From: Octopus sinensis
Taxonomy: Eukaryota
Length of the DNA: 64,000 bases
NCBI RefSeq assembly: GCF_006345805.1
Contig: NC_043011.1
Location: 25,184,464 to 25,248,463, forward strand
Direction of reading: 5' to 3'
Shown piece by piece: positions 53,480 through 64,000 of the stretch. Each line of letters opens with the position of its first letter. The stretch's first letter is position 1. The position numbers were made by a program, and so were the translations under genes. The notes beneath the pieces are model-generated. The model had not been told where the DNA came from. It made no database searches and saw only the letters and a list, made by a program, of their open reading frames with translations.

Positions 53480-53820
53480 ATAAGGTATGGCTGTGTGGTT
53501 AAGAAGCTTACTTTGCAACCACATGGTACTGGGTTCAGTCCCGCTGTGTGGCACCTTGAACAAATGTCTTTTACGAAAGCCCCGTGCTGACCAATGTCTT
53601 ATGAGTGAGTTTGATCAACCCAGGGCTGGTAGATGGAAACTGTGTGGAAGCCCATCAAATATATGTGTGTTTATATTTGTCACCCCACCCACATCATTGC
53701 TTGACAACTGGAATTGTTTGTTTCTGTCTTCATAAATTAGTGGTTAGGCGTAAGATACCAACCAAAAAGCACCAGATTTAAGAAAACAAATTTTGGGGTC
53801 AATTTATTTTATTAAATCCT
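53480..53820 (+). mobile_element. SINE family A, decayed
   Basis: GGTATGGCTGTGTGGTTAAGAAGCTTAC...GGGTTCAGTCCCGCTGTGTGGCACC. Confidence 0.75.
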
Positions 53821-54199
53821 TCAATTATACTTTCTTTAGTATTTTAAGAGGATAACACCTTTAAAGATTTATGCAAATATTTATTGCTTTGGTCAGGTGT
53901 GGGGGCATGTACCATTGCAACGTGTTCATTTATTGGTATATACCAGAAACTTCCCAGGTGACCCATCTCTCTGAGATACCCTCTCATCTGCCATGACCAT
54001 GTGGCACAGGTATGGTCCCAGGAATTTTTCAAAGGGAGGGCACATGGTCAGAAGGGAATACAGTTGCAGGAGAAAAGGGCGTAATAACATTATTTAGAAG
54101 GGCATATTTCTTTTCTTGAGGGAGGCACATGCCCTCAGCTCCCCACCCCAACCTTGGATCCACTCCTGGGGCATGTGGTCAACCAGCATGAGCTGTCAA

Positions 54200-54540
54200 C
54201 CCAGCCAGATCCTCAATGAAGAGGACATAATAGATAGGATCTATGTCAAGAAATAAAGCAACATGGTCTAGCAGTATGACCTGGTGCTCCTGAATTGTAC
54301 ATGTAACAGGACACATCCCAGTTTCTGAGTAGAGTCATAATCCTGCAAAGCATCCTGGTACCAAAGGATTTTAGGCAGTTCCTAAGTGACCCAGACAGTG
54401 TCCAAGTCTCACAACTATAGAGCAGGACATGGAGGAACAGAGATCTAAAGACCCAAATCTTTGTCCTCCTACACAGATATTGGCAGCACCAAACAACCTT
54501 GTCCAATGAGTCCACAACAGCTCCAGCTTTTCCTAGTCTA
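54200..54540 (-). mobile_element. RTE C-terminal fragment, second subfamily
   Basis: RTKIWVFRSLFLHVLLYSCETWTL...FGTRMLCRIM. Confidence 0.75.
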
Positions 54541-54559
54541 TGTCTTTTTAGGGCTTCAG

Positions 54560-55360
54560 ACTCACAACTGTGTTTAGCATCAGCACCAACACCAATGCTT
54601 TTTACATGGCACCTTGGTTTAAGGATATCAATTCTATTGTGGTGGGTAGGTCTTCAAGAGTACAGCAATGCACCACATAATTCGATCCTCTGTCATTTGT
54701 TTCGTAAGTGATTGGCTTTCAACACTTCATCCTGTGTTTCTTGGGTCTCTCTTTTCCACAACTTCCCTCCATTTTAAGTTATCAGCACTTCTTTATGCAG
54801 CTGTCCTCATCATGTAACCAAAGCAGTGCAGTCTCCTCTCTTGTACACTGCCTCTTATGCTTAACTTTGCTCTCAGTATACTAGTGCTCAGTTACACATG
54901 TCCACTGATGCTGTACATACAACAGAGCATACCAGCTTTATTCCTCTCTACTCTTTGTATATCCTCTGTATTCAGGGCCCATGTCTTACTACCATGTAGC
55001 CTTTCAGTTTGTACTCATGCATCATACAATCTTCCTTTCACTTGGAGAGAGAGAGACCTGAACTTTCTTCATCCTATTCTTATTCTAGCAATTACACTTC
55101 TATAACATCTGGAGAACCTCCAGAACATTTGAGGAAATCAGTTTCCCATGTATCTGTGGTCCCAGATTTTATACCTATGTACCTTGCCTGTGAGGACCCT
55201 GGCTGAAGCTCCTCTCCACCTTACCTCTTGTATGCAGCATACATCAACACGTCTCCATTCAAACATCTCTACAATCTCACTAGACCTACCTTTCAGTGTG
55301 CCTACTTTAACAGTGCCAACTCTAAAAACATGAAGGAATGTGTTAGGAGACATAGGGAGG
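54560..55360 (-). mobile_element. Internally deleted RTE (APE N-terminus joined to RT C-terminus and tail)
   Basis: 55138-55353 encodes RVGTVKVGTLKGRSSEIVEMFEWRRVDVCCIQEVRWRG; 54700-55130 matches the RT C-terminal region of 22660-23100. Confidence 0.8.
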
Positions 55361-55638
55361 GGAAATGTTATTCAGTGCCTGAAAAGAAGGTTTTCATGTT
55401 CATTTGATAGACATGCTACACCTGTTCTCACTTTCGACCTGTCATCATTCAAACATTCAAGTGTGTTAAGATTGTTGCCCCCCCGCCCCCACTGGGGGTA
55501 GGAGTAGGTGTTAGTGCCACTGTAAGTAAAAGCATTATTTAAGGATTCCTGGAGTTGCAGATATAAGTAAGTAAATCAATAAAGATAGATAAAGGAGGAG
55601 GATGAGAAGAATATGAATATCAATATGCCAATGTTAGG

Positions 55639-56048
55639 TTAAGTAGGTGGGCAGCTAAACTAGTTGCATTTGTCCGAGGAGAGAGATGGGGAGAGGAAAT
55701 TGCAGGTATGATAGAGGATACCACCTGTGAGGAAGGGGGTTTCCAGTGAGAGAAGAGAGGAACAAGCATGCCCATTAGAATGAACATGCACACATTCACA
55801 CAAGCACGCACGCGCACAGAACAAGCATGCACATATAGCCCATTAGCTTTCCCTTTCTCTTCGATACGTCCATGGAAATTACTGAGTAGTTGTTTGTTGA
55901 CAAATTTCGAGTCAAGACGAAAGATAGCTGATTAAGTAGGTGGGCAGCTAAACTAGTTGCATTTGTTCCAGGAGAGAGGGAAAGGAGATTGCAGGTATGA
56001 TAGAGGATACCACCAGTGAGAGAGAGGGTTTCCGGTGAGAGAAGAGAG
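55639..56048. repeat. ~120-bp direct repeat pair (55639-55759, 55932-56048)
   Basis: TTAAGTAGGTGGGCAGCTAAACTAGTTGCATTTG...GCAGGTATGATAGAGGATACCAC...GAGAAGAGAG twice. Confidence 0.85.
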
Positions 56049-56115
56049 ATGTCCGGTAATAGTGGTGGGAGAAGAGAGAGATATCCGGTGTTGGTGGAGG
56101 GAGAGAAAGAATATA

Positions 56116-56154
<39 letters not shown>

Positions 56155-57379
56155 ATTTCATCTGGTTGTAGAAAATCTGCCTCAACAAATTCTGCCCAAC
56201 TCATGAAAAAGTAAATGATTAATGATGATGATAATCATGTATTTTAATTTTTTTAAAACAGTCTTTCTAAATCTTATACTTTAATTTTGATCTGATTTGG
56301 TCTGGAATATTCCTGTTCTTTTGTCTCTTATTCTTCAGTTCAAGAATATTTAAGTCCTCTGTCTCTTAAAATGTCTTTCTTTTCTACATTGTACACATTG
56401 GGTGTAACATAAATATTTTGTCCAAAGAATTTCATAACTATCATTTGAAAACTTTTGTTATTGAAATAGTTCTAAACTTGAAATAGTAAACCATCATTAA
56501 CAAAAGATAATCATAAGGATTCAAAGCCTCACATTTTACTTTTTTAAACTTTGTTAACAACAGTTTGGAGGTGACAACAATATGGCTACAGAGTAAATAC
56601 CATCCTCTCCTCAGTTACAGGAGATGGTGTTCTTCAACACACATACACACACACACACACAAACACACATGCACACACAGAGTTCTTTACCTCCCACTAT
56701 TACCACCCACAATTGTAATATGAAATTTCTGTAGTAGCATCTCCACTGTTGTTGTTCAACTACAAATTTGGTTTAAATATTCAGTAAATTGTCTGAGATA
56801 AATGGTAAAGCTATCATCAGCTCTTTTAAATGTCACAAATTTTCAGTTTGCATAAGATTTTTTCTTGTTGTAATGCAGATTATAGCATTTTTACAGGCTT
56901 TTTCCATCTAATTTCACTGCAATTCCTTCTTCCTCAATGTTCAACATTAAGATTGATTTGCTTATGATTAATAGTAAACTCCTTATTTGGTGTTACCTAA
57001 ATAGTCATCATCGTTTTTTGAGTTTCAAACAAAGCCAATTTAGTTCACCAATCCATATGAGCGATAAGTAATATATGTTAATGAGTCCCCTAACCTATTT
57101 GGTCATAGAGGTACTCTGTTTTTCAATGTCATCTCTCAGTTTTAAAATGATAGTGTGTGATTTGATGGAACATTACTGCTATTTCTAGCATATCAGGAAT
57201 CCATATAGAGGGTCCCTTGTCAGTATGTTGTCATATATATTTATCCCTCAGGTCCTAATTCAGAGCTACTGAAACAGAACATCAACTGCATCACTCTAAC
57301 CATCCCCCGAGGACCTGCAAAGTTTAGATGCACAGTCCCTTCCTCTATATTGATACCATTTAAAAATGTAAATATATGG

Positions 57380-57545
57380 ACACAGAGCTGGTATGACCAT
57401 GAGGCTAAGAAGATTGCTTCTCAAGCATGCAGTCTTGAGTTCAGTCTCGCTGTTTGGCATCTTGGGCAAATGTCTTCTGCTATAGTACCAGGCCAACCAA
57501 AGCCTTGTGAGTAGATTTGGCAGATTAAAACTGAAAGAAGCTTGT
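57380..57545 (+). mobile_element. SINE family A head, decayed
   Basis: GAGTTCAGTCTCGCTGTTTGGCATCTTGGGCAAATGTCTTC...AAAGCCTTGTGAGTAGATTTGG. Confidence 0.75.
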
Positions 57546-57882
57546 TATAATTCCAATCCACAAGTTAGACTAATTTGCCTATCTAAATCAGATATTGGTA
57601 ATATTACTAAATTTATTATTGATAAGCATATTCCTAAGCTTAGACAAAATGTTAATTTATGTTTATAGTCCTTGAAAGTAATTGAGTGGTTCATTAATAT
57701 TGAGGATATATATATATATATACATACATACATATATATATATATATTGGCCTGCTCACTTAGCTAGCGAGGTGGCATCATTTGAAGGCTAAAACAATGC
57801 AAAGCGCATTGTGACCAGTGATGTGTAGCAACATCTGATAGCCTGGTCGGTCACGGTGATCATGGTGATATATATATTATTT

Positions 57883-57988
57883 ATCACCCGATGAGACACA
57901 TCTGCACCACTGGATGCTCTTGAACCAATTGTTGAGTGTCCCACCCAAGAGGAATCGTTGCTAGATATGTTGAAACAATTGTCGTGAT
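57883..57988 (+). ncRNA. Decayed type I hammerhead (U4C core change), solo pLTR-like unit
   Basis: ATCAC-CCGATGA-GACACATCT...AGATATGTT-GAAAC-AATT-GTC-GTGAT: 5-bp stem I, 9-position stem II with one mismatch, palindromic AAUU loop, GUC triplet. Confidence 0.7.
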
Positions 57989-58031
57989 TAATAATAAATT
58001 CTCATATATTCCATCTTCTGTCTTTCATTTG

Positions 58032-58083
<52 letters not shown>

Positions 58084-58303
58084 TCAATTTAGGGAGGCAA
58101 AAAAATTTTGTAGAATTCTTTTGCCCCAGCGCCTAGTGGGAAAAAATTAAATAGTCATAAACCATTTTTAAGTTCAATATCACAATCAAGGAACGGCCAT
58201 AATAGGCCATTCACCCACTAGAAATAACAGCCAAAAAGCTTCAACCGCCAAATAACATTAATTCTGTAAACCAGGAGAAAATTAAAAAAACATTTACCCT
58301 GAA

Positions 58304-58410
58304 ATTCCTTATACGATGCACCGTTTCGTCTACTGTTTAATGGTAAACTATCCTGATTAAATTAAATCAAGCCAATCTACCATAGGCCCTTAGATTCATC
58401 AGTAAGGAAT
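58304..58410 (-). ncRNA. Type I hammerhead ribozyme, copy 1
   Basis: AUUCCUUA-CUGAUGA-A-UCUA...UAGA-C-GAAACGG-UGCA-UCGUA-UAAGGAAU; predicted cleavage between 58312 and 58311. Confidence 0.9.
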
Positions 58411-58794
58411 AGCCAAATCGGAACAGATATTTTTCACGAGGCATTCACGTCCATGCCTCGCCAATATCTGACCTAAAATTTTCAAATCGTCGCACTCGCG
58501 CCAAATTTATCGGCAGCAAATAAATATAAGCCGCCGATTCCATTACGGAACTAACCAGAAAATTCATAATTAATCAATTTAGGGAGGCAAAAAAATTTTG
58601 TAGAATTCTTTTGCCCCCAGCGGCCTAGTGGGAAAAAATTAAATAGTCATAAACCATTTTTAAGTTCAATATCACAATCAAGGAACGGCCATAATAGGCC
58701 ATTCACCCACTAGAAATAACAGCCAAAAAGCTTCAACCGCAAAATAACATTAATTCTGTAAACCAGGAGAAAATTAAAAAAACATTACCCTGAA

Positions 58795-58900
58795 ATTCTT
58801 ATACGATGCACCGTTTCGTCTACTGTTTAATGGTAAACTATCCTGATTAAATTAAATCAAGCCAATCTACCATAGGCCCTTAGATTCATCAGTAAGGAAT
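58795..58900 (-). ncRNA. Type I hammerhead ribozyme, copy 2
   Basis: Same motif 490 bp from copy 1; one G missing in the stem I 3' strand; predicted cleavage between 58802 and 58801. Confidence 0.85.
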
Positions 58901-59369
58901 AGCCAAATCGGTAGATTGGCTTGATTTAATTTAATCAGGATAGTTTACCATTAAACAGTAGACGAAACGGTGCATCGTATAAGGAATTTCAGGGTAAATG
59001 TTTTTTTAATTTTCTCCTGGTTTACAGAATTAATGTTATTTTGCGGTTGAAGCTTTTTGGCTGTTATTTCTAGTGGGTGAATGGCCTATTATGGCCGTTC
59101 CTTGATTGTGATATTGAACTTAAAAATGGTTTATGACTATTTAATTTTTTCCCACTAGGCCGCTGGGGCAAAAGAATTCTACAAAATTTTTTGCCTCCCT
59201 AAATTGATTAATTATGAATTTTCTGGTTAGTTCCGTAATGGAATCGGCGGCTTATATTATTGCTGCCGATAAATTTGGCGCGAGTGCGACGATTTGAAAA
59301 TTTTAGGTCAGATATTGGCGAGGCATGGACGTGAATGCCTCGTGAAAAATATCTGTTCCGATTTTGGCT

Positions 59370-59475
59370 ATTCCTTACTGATGAATCTAAGGGCCTATGG
59401 TAGATTGGCTTGATTTAATTAATCAGGATAGTTTACCATTAAACAGTAGACGAAACGGTGCATCGTATAAGGAAT
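59370..59475 (+). ncRNA. Type I hammerhead ribozyme, copy 3
   Basis: Stem I 59370-59377 / 59468-59475 (8 bp), CTGATGA 59378-59384, GAAAC 59452-59456, GTA 59465-59467. Confidence 0.9.
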
Positions 59476-59595
59476 TTCAGGGTAAATGTTTTTTTAATTT
59501 TCTCCTGGTTTACAGAATTAATGTTATTTTGCGGTTGAAGCTTTTTGGCTGTTATTTCTAGTGGGTGAATGGCCTATTATGGCCGTTCCTTGATT

Positions 59596-59663
<68 letters not shown>

Positions 59664-59667
59664 TATA

Positions 59668-59731
<64 letters not shown>

Positions 59732-59949
59732 TTAACATCCATCCATAAGGTAGCAAAAGCAACAAAAATTTTGGAAGAAAAAATATAAATAATAAGTGAA
59801 AATTGAACCAGTGCTTGTGTTAGATAATAAGGCATTAAGACAACATGGCTCTCTCCAGACACAACATAATTTGCTTCAACACATGAATTCACATGAAGAA
59901 TCTTGCAAACCAGATACAAAAATGAAATATATTTGTGCTTGTGTGTATC

Positions 59950-60180
59950 CTTGTCTAAACATCACATGATGGCTGAAAATGAGCAGCACCATCATACAAG
60001 CAAGGATGTTGATTTCCAGTCTCCCATGAAAAACATATCTGGCCATGGGGAAATATTACCGTGCTTGGAAATAAGTGAGGGTTGGTGACTGGAAGAGCAT
60101 CCGGTGGTAGAAAATCTGCCATGGCAAATTTTGTCTGACCCATACAAGCATGGAAAAATGGACATCAAATGATGATAAGA
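59950..60180 (+). mobile_element. SINE family B
   Basis: CTGGCCATGGGGAAATATTACCGTGCTTGGAAATAAGTGAGGGTTGGTGAC...GGACATCAAATGATGAT. Confidence 0.75.
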
Positions 60181-60619
60181 GTATGTAAATTACCTGCCCA
60201 TTCTTCTCCAATATCTTATCATCTTTGGCTGTCTAATATATTAACAGTGGCTCATGAACATAAACGATTGTTCGCTCTTTAATATGTCAACAGTAACTGA
60301 AATATTGGTTTCAAATTTTGGCACATGGTCAGCAGTCTGAGGGGAGGGGATAAACCAATTACATTGACTCCATTGCTCAACTGCTACTCATTTTATAGAC
60401 CCAGAAAGGATGAAAGGCAAAGCCGATCTTAGTGGAATTTGAACTCAGAATGTACTGGTTGAAATGCCACAAAGCATCTGGAATTTCTCTTTTAATTATG
60501 CAATATAAAATGAGGCCATCAACATATAGTAGTGCTCACAAGTACCTGGTTTTAATTTTTCTCTGATATAGTCTGGAGGGTTATGTTGAATAAGAAGAGA
60601 CTGAGAACCCATCATTGGT

Positions 60620-61830
60620 GATATCCTTACTTGTTCATTAATTTATTATGGTATTTGTTGCTAGTTCACACCTCACTGATAGAACCTTGTACATTATTTG
60701 TTTGGTTCTCACAAGCCATTCATCTACCCTTAGCGTCCTCAGGGAGCACCAGATCACAGAGTGAGGGACTCTGTTAAAGGCAGTCTCTTGGTTGACAAAT
60801 GCCAAGAACAATGGCTTACTTTTTGCTAAATACTTCTGCAGTTGTCTTACATGAGAGAGGGCATTAATAGCACTTCTCCCTGGTACAAAACCAAAATGGA
60901 TTTCATCTAACCTAATTTTCTTTCTGACAGTAACTCTTTCCATAATTTTTATGACCTGGCCCAACAATTTGATACTTTTGTAATTACTTCTTTTACATCA
61001 TCATCATTGTTTAACATCCGTTTTCCATGTTGGAATGGGTTGGACAGCTTTGCTGGAGTCTGGCAAGCCAATAGGCTGCACCAGGCTTCAGTCTGATCTG
61101 GCAAGGTTTCTACAGCTGGATGCCCTTCCTAACACCAACCACTCCGAGAGTGTTGTGGGTGCATTTTATGTGCTACTGGCACAGGAGCCAGTCAGGCAAC
61201 ACTAGTATCAACCATATTCGGACAGTGCTTTTTACATGCCACTGACACGGGAGCCAGTTGGGTGGGAGAGCACTGGCATTGACCACATTTGGATGGTGCT
61301 TTTTACATGCCACTGGCACAAGGAGTCAGTCACCTTTGTAACAATTAACTACAAAGCCAGTTTTGGGTATAGTACCTTCTTGTACAATCTAATTAACTAT
61401 ACAGGTGATTAGGTATATCCTACTTCAATAGATATCATAAGTATCTCAGTGGTAATTCCAGATTGACCAGGGGCTCTCTCTACCTTCATATTCTTAATTG
61501 CTTTATCTATTATTCTGTTGTCAACTAGGATAGCTGGTCCCTCTTTCTCCCATTCATTCTCTTTATTTAATAGCCTTCCAGAGTAGCACTTCCAAGCCTC
61601 TTTTCTTTTTAGCATCAGTAACCCCTTATCTATCTGTACTTGCTTATCACTCACAGCATCTCGATTTTCTCTGCTACACTGTCTGGCAATCAGGAACACC
61701 TCATGCTGTAAAACATTGGTAAACCTCTTCCTTGCTGCACCTCCCCTTGCTAAATATACATGTAGCCTAGCTTCTCAACAAGCAACCTGGTATAAATCTT
61801 CGCCTCTTCCATTCTTCCAAGCATTCTCTT
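60620..61830 (-). mobile_element. Decayed RTE ORF fragment with nested RTE tail (60995-61330)
   Basis: KAIKNMKVERAPGQSGITTE then IMERV...HFGFVPGRSAINA...LFLAFVNQETAFNRVPHSVIW...VDEWLVR, split by a (CAT)n-tailed copy. Confidence 0.85.
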
Positions 61831-62814
61831 CACTTTTAAGATGATGATTATTATAAGTCAATGTTTGATGAGAAATATTTCAAAAGGAAAACAAGATGAA
61901 GCAAGACTTGTCGTAAAAGAATAAGAATAATTTAAAGAAGATAAAATAAAACAAAAAAAAATGTAAGAGAAAAATTAAGAACTACCGAAACAAGACAGAA
62001 ATAAACCTCATCGCTTTTGACAGGTACTACATTTGTGTGTTTGGTTTTGCTCATAAATATTAATTGCGATACGCAAAATCACAATAATCCCCAATTTCAA
62101 TATGCTATGTGTGTTGCTTCTTTTTATATCGAGTGTAGTTAAACATATATTAAAAAAAAATCATTTTTAATATTAAATTCAGTTATCCGTGTCACACAAA
62201 AATATCAATTATTAAATCATAAATAAATGGTATAAAACTTTGGTATCATTAATATAGCGGTGTCACTCTTGATAACAAGCTTTCATTTGTATGTAATAAT
62301 TCGTGAAATAAGTTCTGAGAAGGCATTTCTTCAAGAAATTAGGAATTGCTAAAGAAAACCCCAACACATCGCCTTGAAGAGTGACCTTGCCAGAGATGTT
62401 CTAACATCACTAGTTTTCTGGATTTCCAATATTCTCCTTTAGCATCGTGTATAGTTTAGACATTTTATAGTCGATGCAACTCTACAGATTAAACTTAGTG
62501 AAAGTAATTTATTGCTAACTTGCTTGTGAATTCTACAGAAGTTAGCAAACGTCGAATTGTTAAGCAGCGCAAAACTTATCTAATGAATATTGTTAATAGG
62601 ACATCCACATTAGGCAAATGGGCGAGCATTGTTTATTATTAGAGTTGCCTTCCCAGGGATTTGGTCAGTTTTAAGAATTGGTCAACGACGTTATTTGTGG
62701 AACGTAATTTCAGACGGCAAAACTCAGTTGCCTCTCTCTCTTTCGTGCATAAGCATTCACTTTCAATTGAAATAAATAAATACAAAAATAAAGTATTTGA
62801 TTATTATATGTTTT

Positions 62815-63232
62815 GGCGATCTTTCGTCTCTAGTAGACCTTTCCGTCGATTTCCGTAAAAAAAAAATTTTTTTTTTACATATGGGCTTGCGGGAACTTTT
62901 GAAGTAATATACATACATATACACATACACCGAGTAAAAAATTTCAGTTATCTCTTTCTTTCACACATTACTTTGTCTCTTCACACACACTAACAGAAGC
63001 ACTTCACTTACACAATATACTGTCTGTCTCCCACACCCCATTAAACACACACACACACGTCCATCAATGCTCCCATGCACGGTAACTTCAAAAGAACTTC
63101 CCTCGTCATACAATCGCTTTCTCTTAGTCTCTTTCGCTCTCATTACTTCAAAAGTTCCCGCAAGCCCATATGTAAAAAAAAAAATTTTTTACGGAAATCG
63201 ACGGAAAGGTCTACTAGAGACGAAAGATTGCC
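62815..63232. mobile_element. MITE with ~90-bp TIRs and 8-bp TSD, Merlin-like
   Basis: GGCGATCTTTCGTCTCTAGTAGACCTTTCCGTCGATTTCCG / CGGAAATCGACGGAAAGGTCTACTAGAGACGAAAGATTGCC; TATGTTTT at 62807-62814 and 63233-63240. Confidence 0.9.
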
Positions 63233-64000
63233 TATGTTTTTCTTGTTCTTCATTTAATATCTTTGCAATGTATACATATTGTTATTTTGTGCATATATGC
63301 AAATAAACGTGTACATGCAAATATTAGAGCATCTGTGTATGCGGGCGCGTGACATGAATTTATTTTATTAGTTACCATAGTGATAATTAGTTCCTACCAC
63401 CTCTTATTCTAATCTAATTCATCTTACACTCAACTATTTCGATTGTGTGGTTAATAATAAAACTACAGATTTTCAGTTAAAGCTCCTCTTATCTGATTTC
63501 ACCAATTACATTCCTGCTTACCACGAATCAACCCGTTTTAATGCATTCTTGTTTCTCCCATACTTTGCGACTATTACACGTAATGTTTTCCTTCGTATAC
63601 TTTATAGAAAATATTACAGGAGCTTCTTCCTTTCGGAGGCCAGTGCTATCAAGTATTCCCTTTCATCTCTTTTATTTATACGCCACTCATTAAGTTTCAA
63701 ATTTACCGCATTAATTTCACTCATCGACCCACCTTCTAATTTTAGAGAACTCCCGGACTTAGTATGGGGATTATGTCCTTTATTCTTGAACGCAACGAAT
63801 CAAAAGGGATCTATTATAAAATTTTAGCTGTGTGTGTTTAAATCGGGCTCTATGTAAAGTTGGGGGGTCTTGGTTATGAGATTTTGTGAAAGAAAAATGT
63901 TTCAATTAAAGCTTATTCTTCGTCAGCATCAACGATTTTTACAATTTAACTTCGCTTTAAGGCTTTCATAGTGTTCAAGAAGTGGACAGACAGATTTTCG

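Larger units (their letters stand above)
58076..59602. mobile_element. Retrozyme-like element: ~490-bp hammerhead-bearing tandem repeat in a fold-back arrangement
   Basis: Unit 58076-58565, partial unit to 58910, then inverted copies 58911-59602; arms ~58179-58870 and 58911-59602 around a 40-nt spacer; no ORF in the track; (TA)n on both sides. Confidence 0.85.

Noticed and set aside
56760-56960. Possible Gypsy gag-like peptide on the minus strand
   Set aside because: Several stops and only vague similarity; no LTRs or pol motifs.

Overview
AT-rich, repeat-dense animal genomic DNA. The SINE families, RTE/CR1/Penelope-like retroelements and very long (TA)/(CA) tracts suggest an octopus genome (inference, not a database match). 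Most long ORFs in the track are translated microsatellite. Supported content: many tRNA-derived and RTE-tail SINEs; a 5'-truncated RTE LINE with a higher-order repeated 3' region (20.5-23.8 kb); two decayed Penelope-like elements with RT and GIY-YIG remnants; CR1, Helitron and Tigger remnants; several MITEs; and a CpG-rich promoter with the first coding exon of an unidentified minus-strand gene (52.2-52.5 kb). The most interesting signal is non-coding: three unrelated families of type I hammerhead ribozymes, six motifs in all. (1) A ~490-bp non-coding tandem unit at 58.08-59.60 kb carries one hammerhead per monomer and is folded back into a ~690-bp-arm palindrome; it looks like a retrozyme able to release a ~490-nt circular RNA. 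(2) A head-to-head pair of 5'-truncated Penelope-like ends at 23.9-27.1 kb has a minimal hammerhead at each outer end. (3) A solo decayed hammerhead lies at 57.9 kb. Both inverted structures point their 3' ends outward into (TA)n tracts. All RNA folds were assigned by eye and boundaries of old repeats are approximate.
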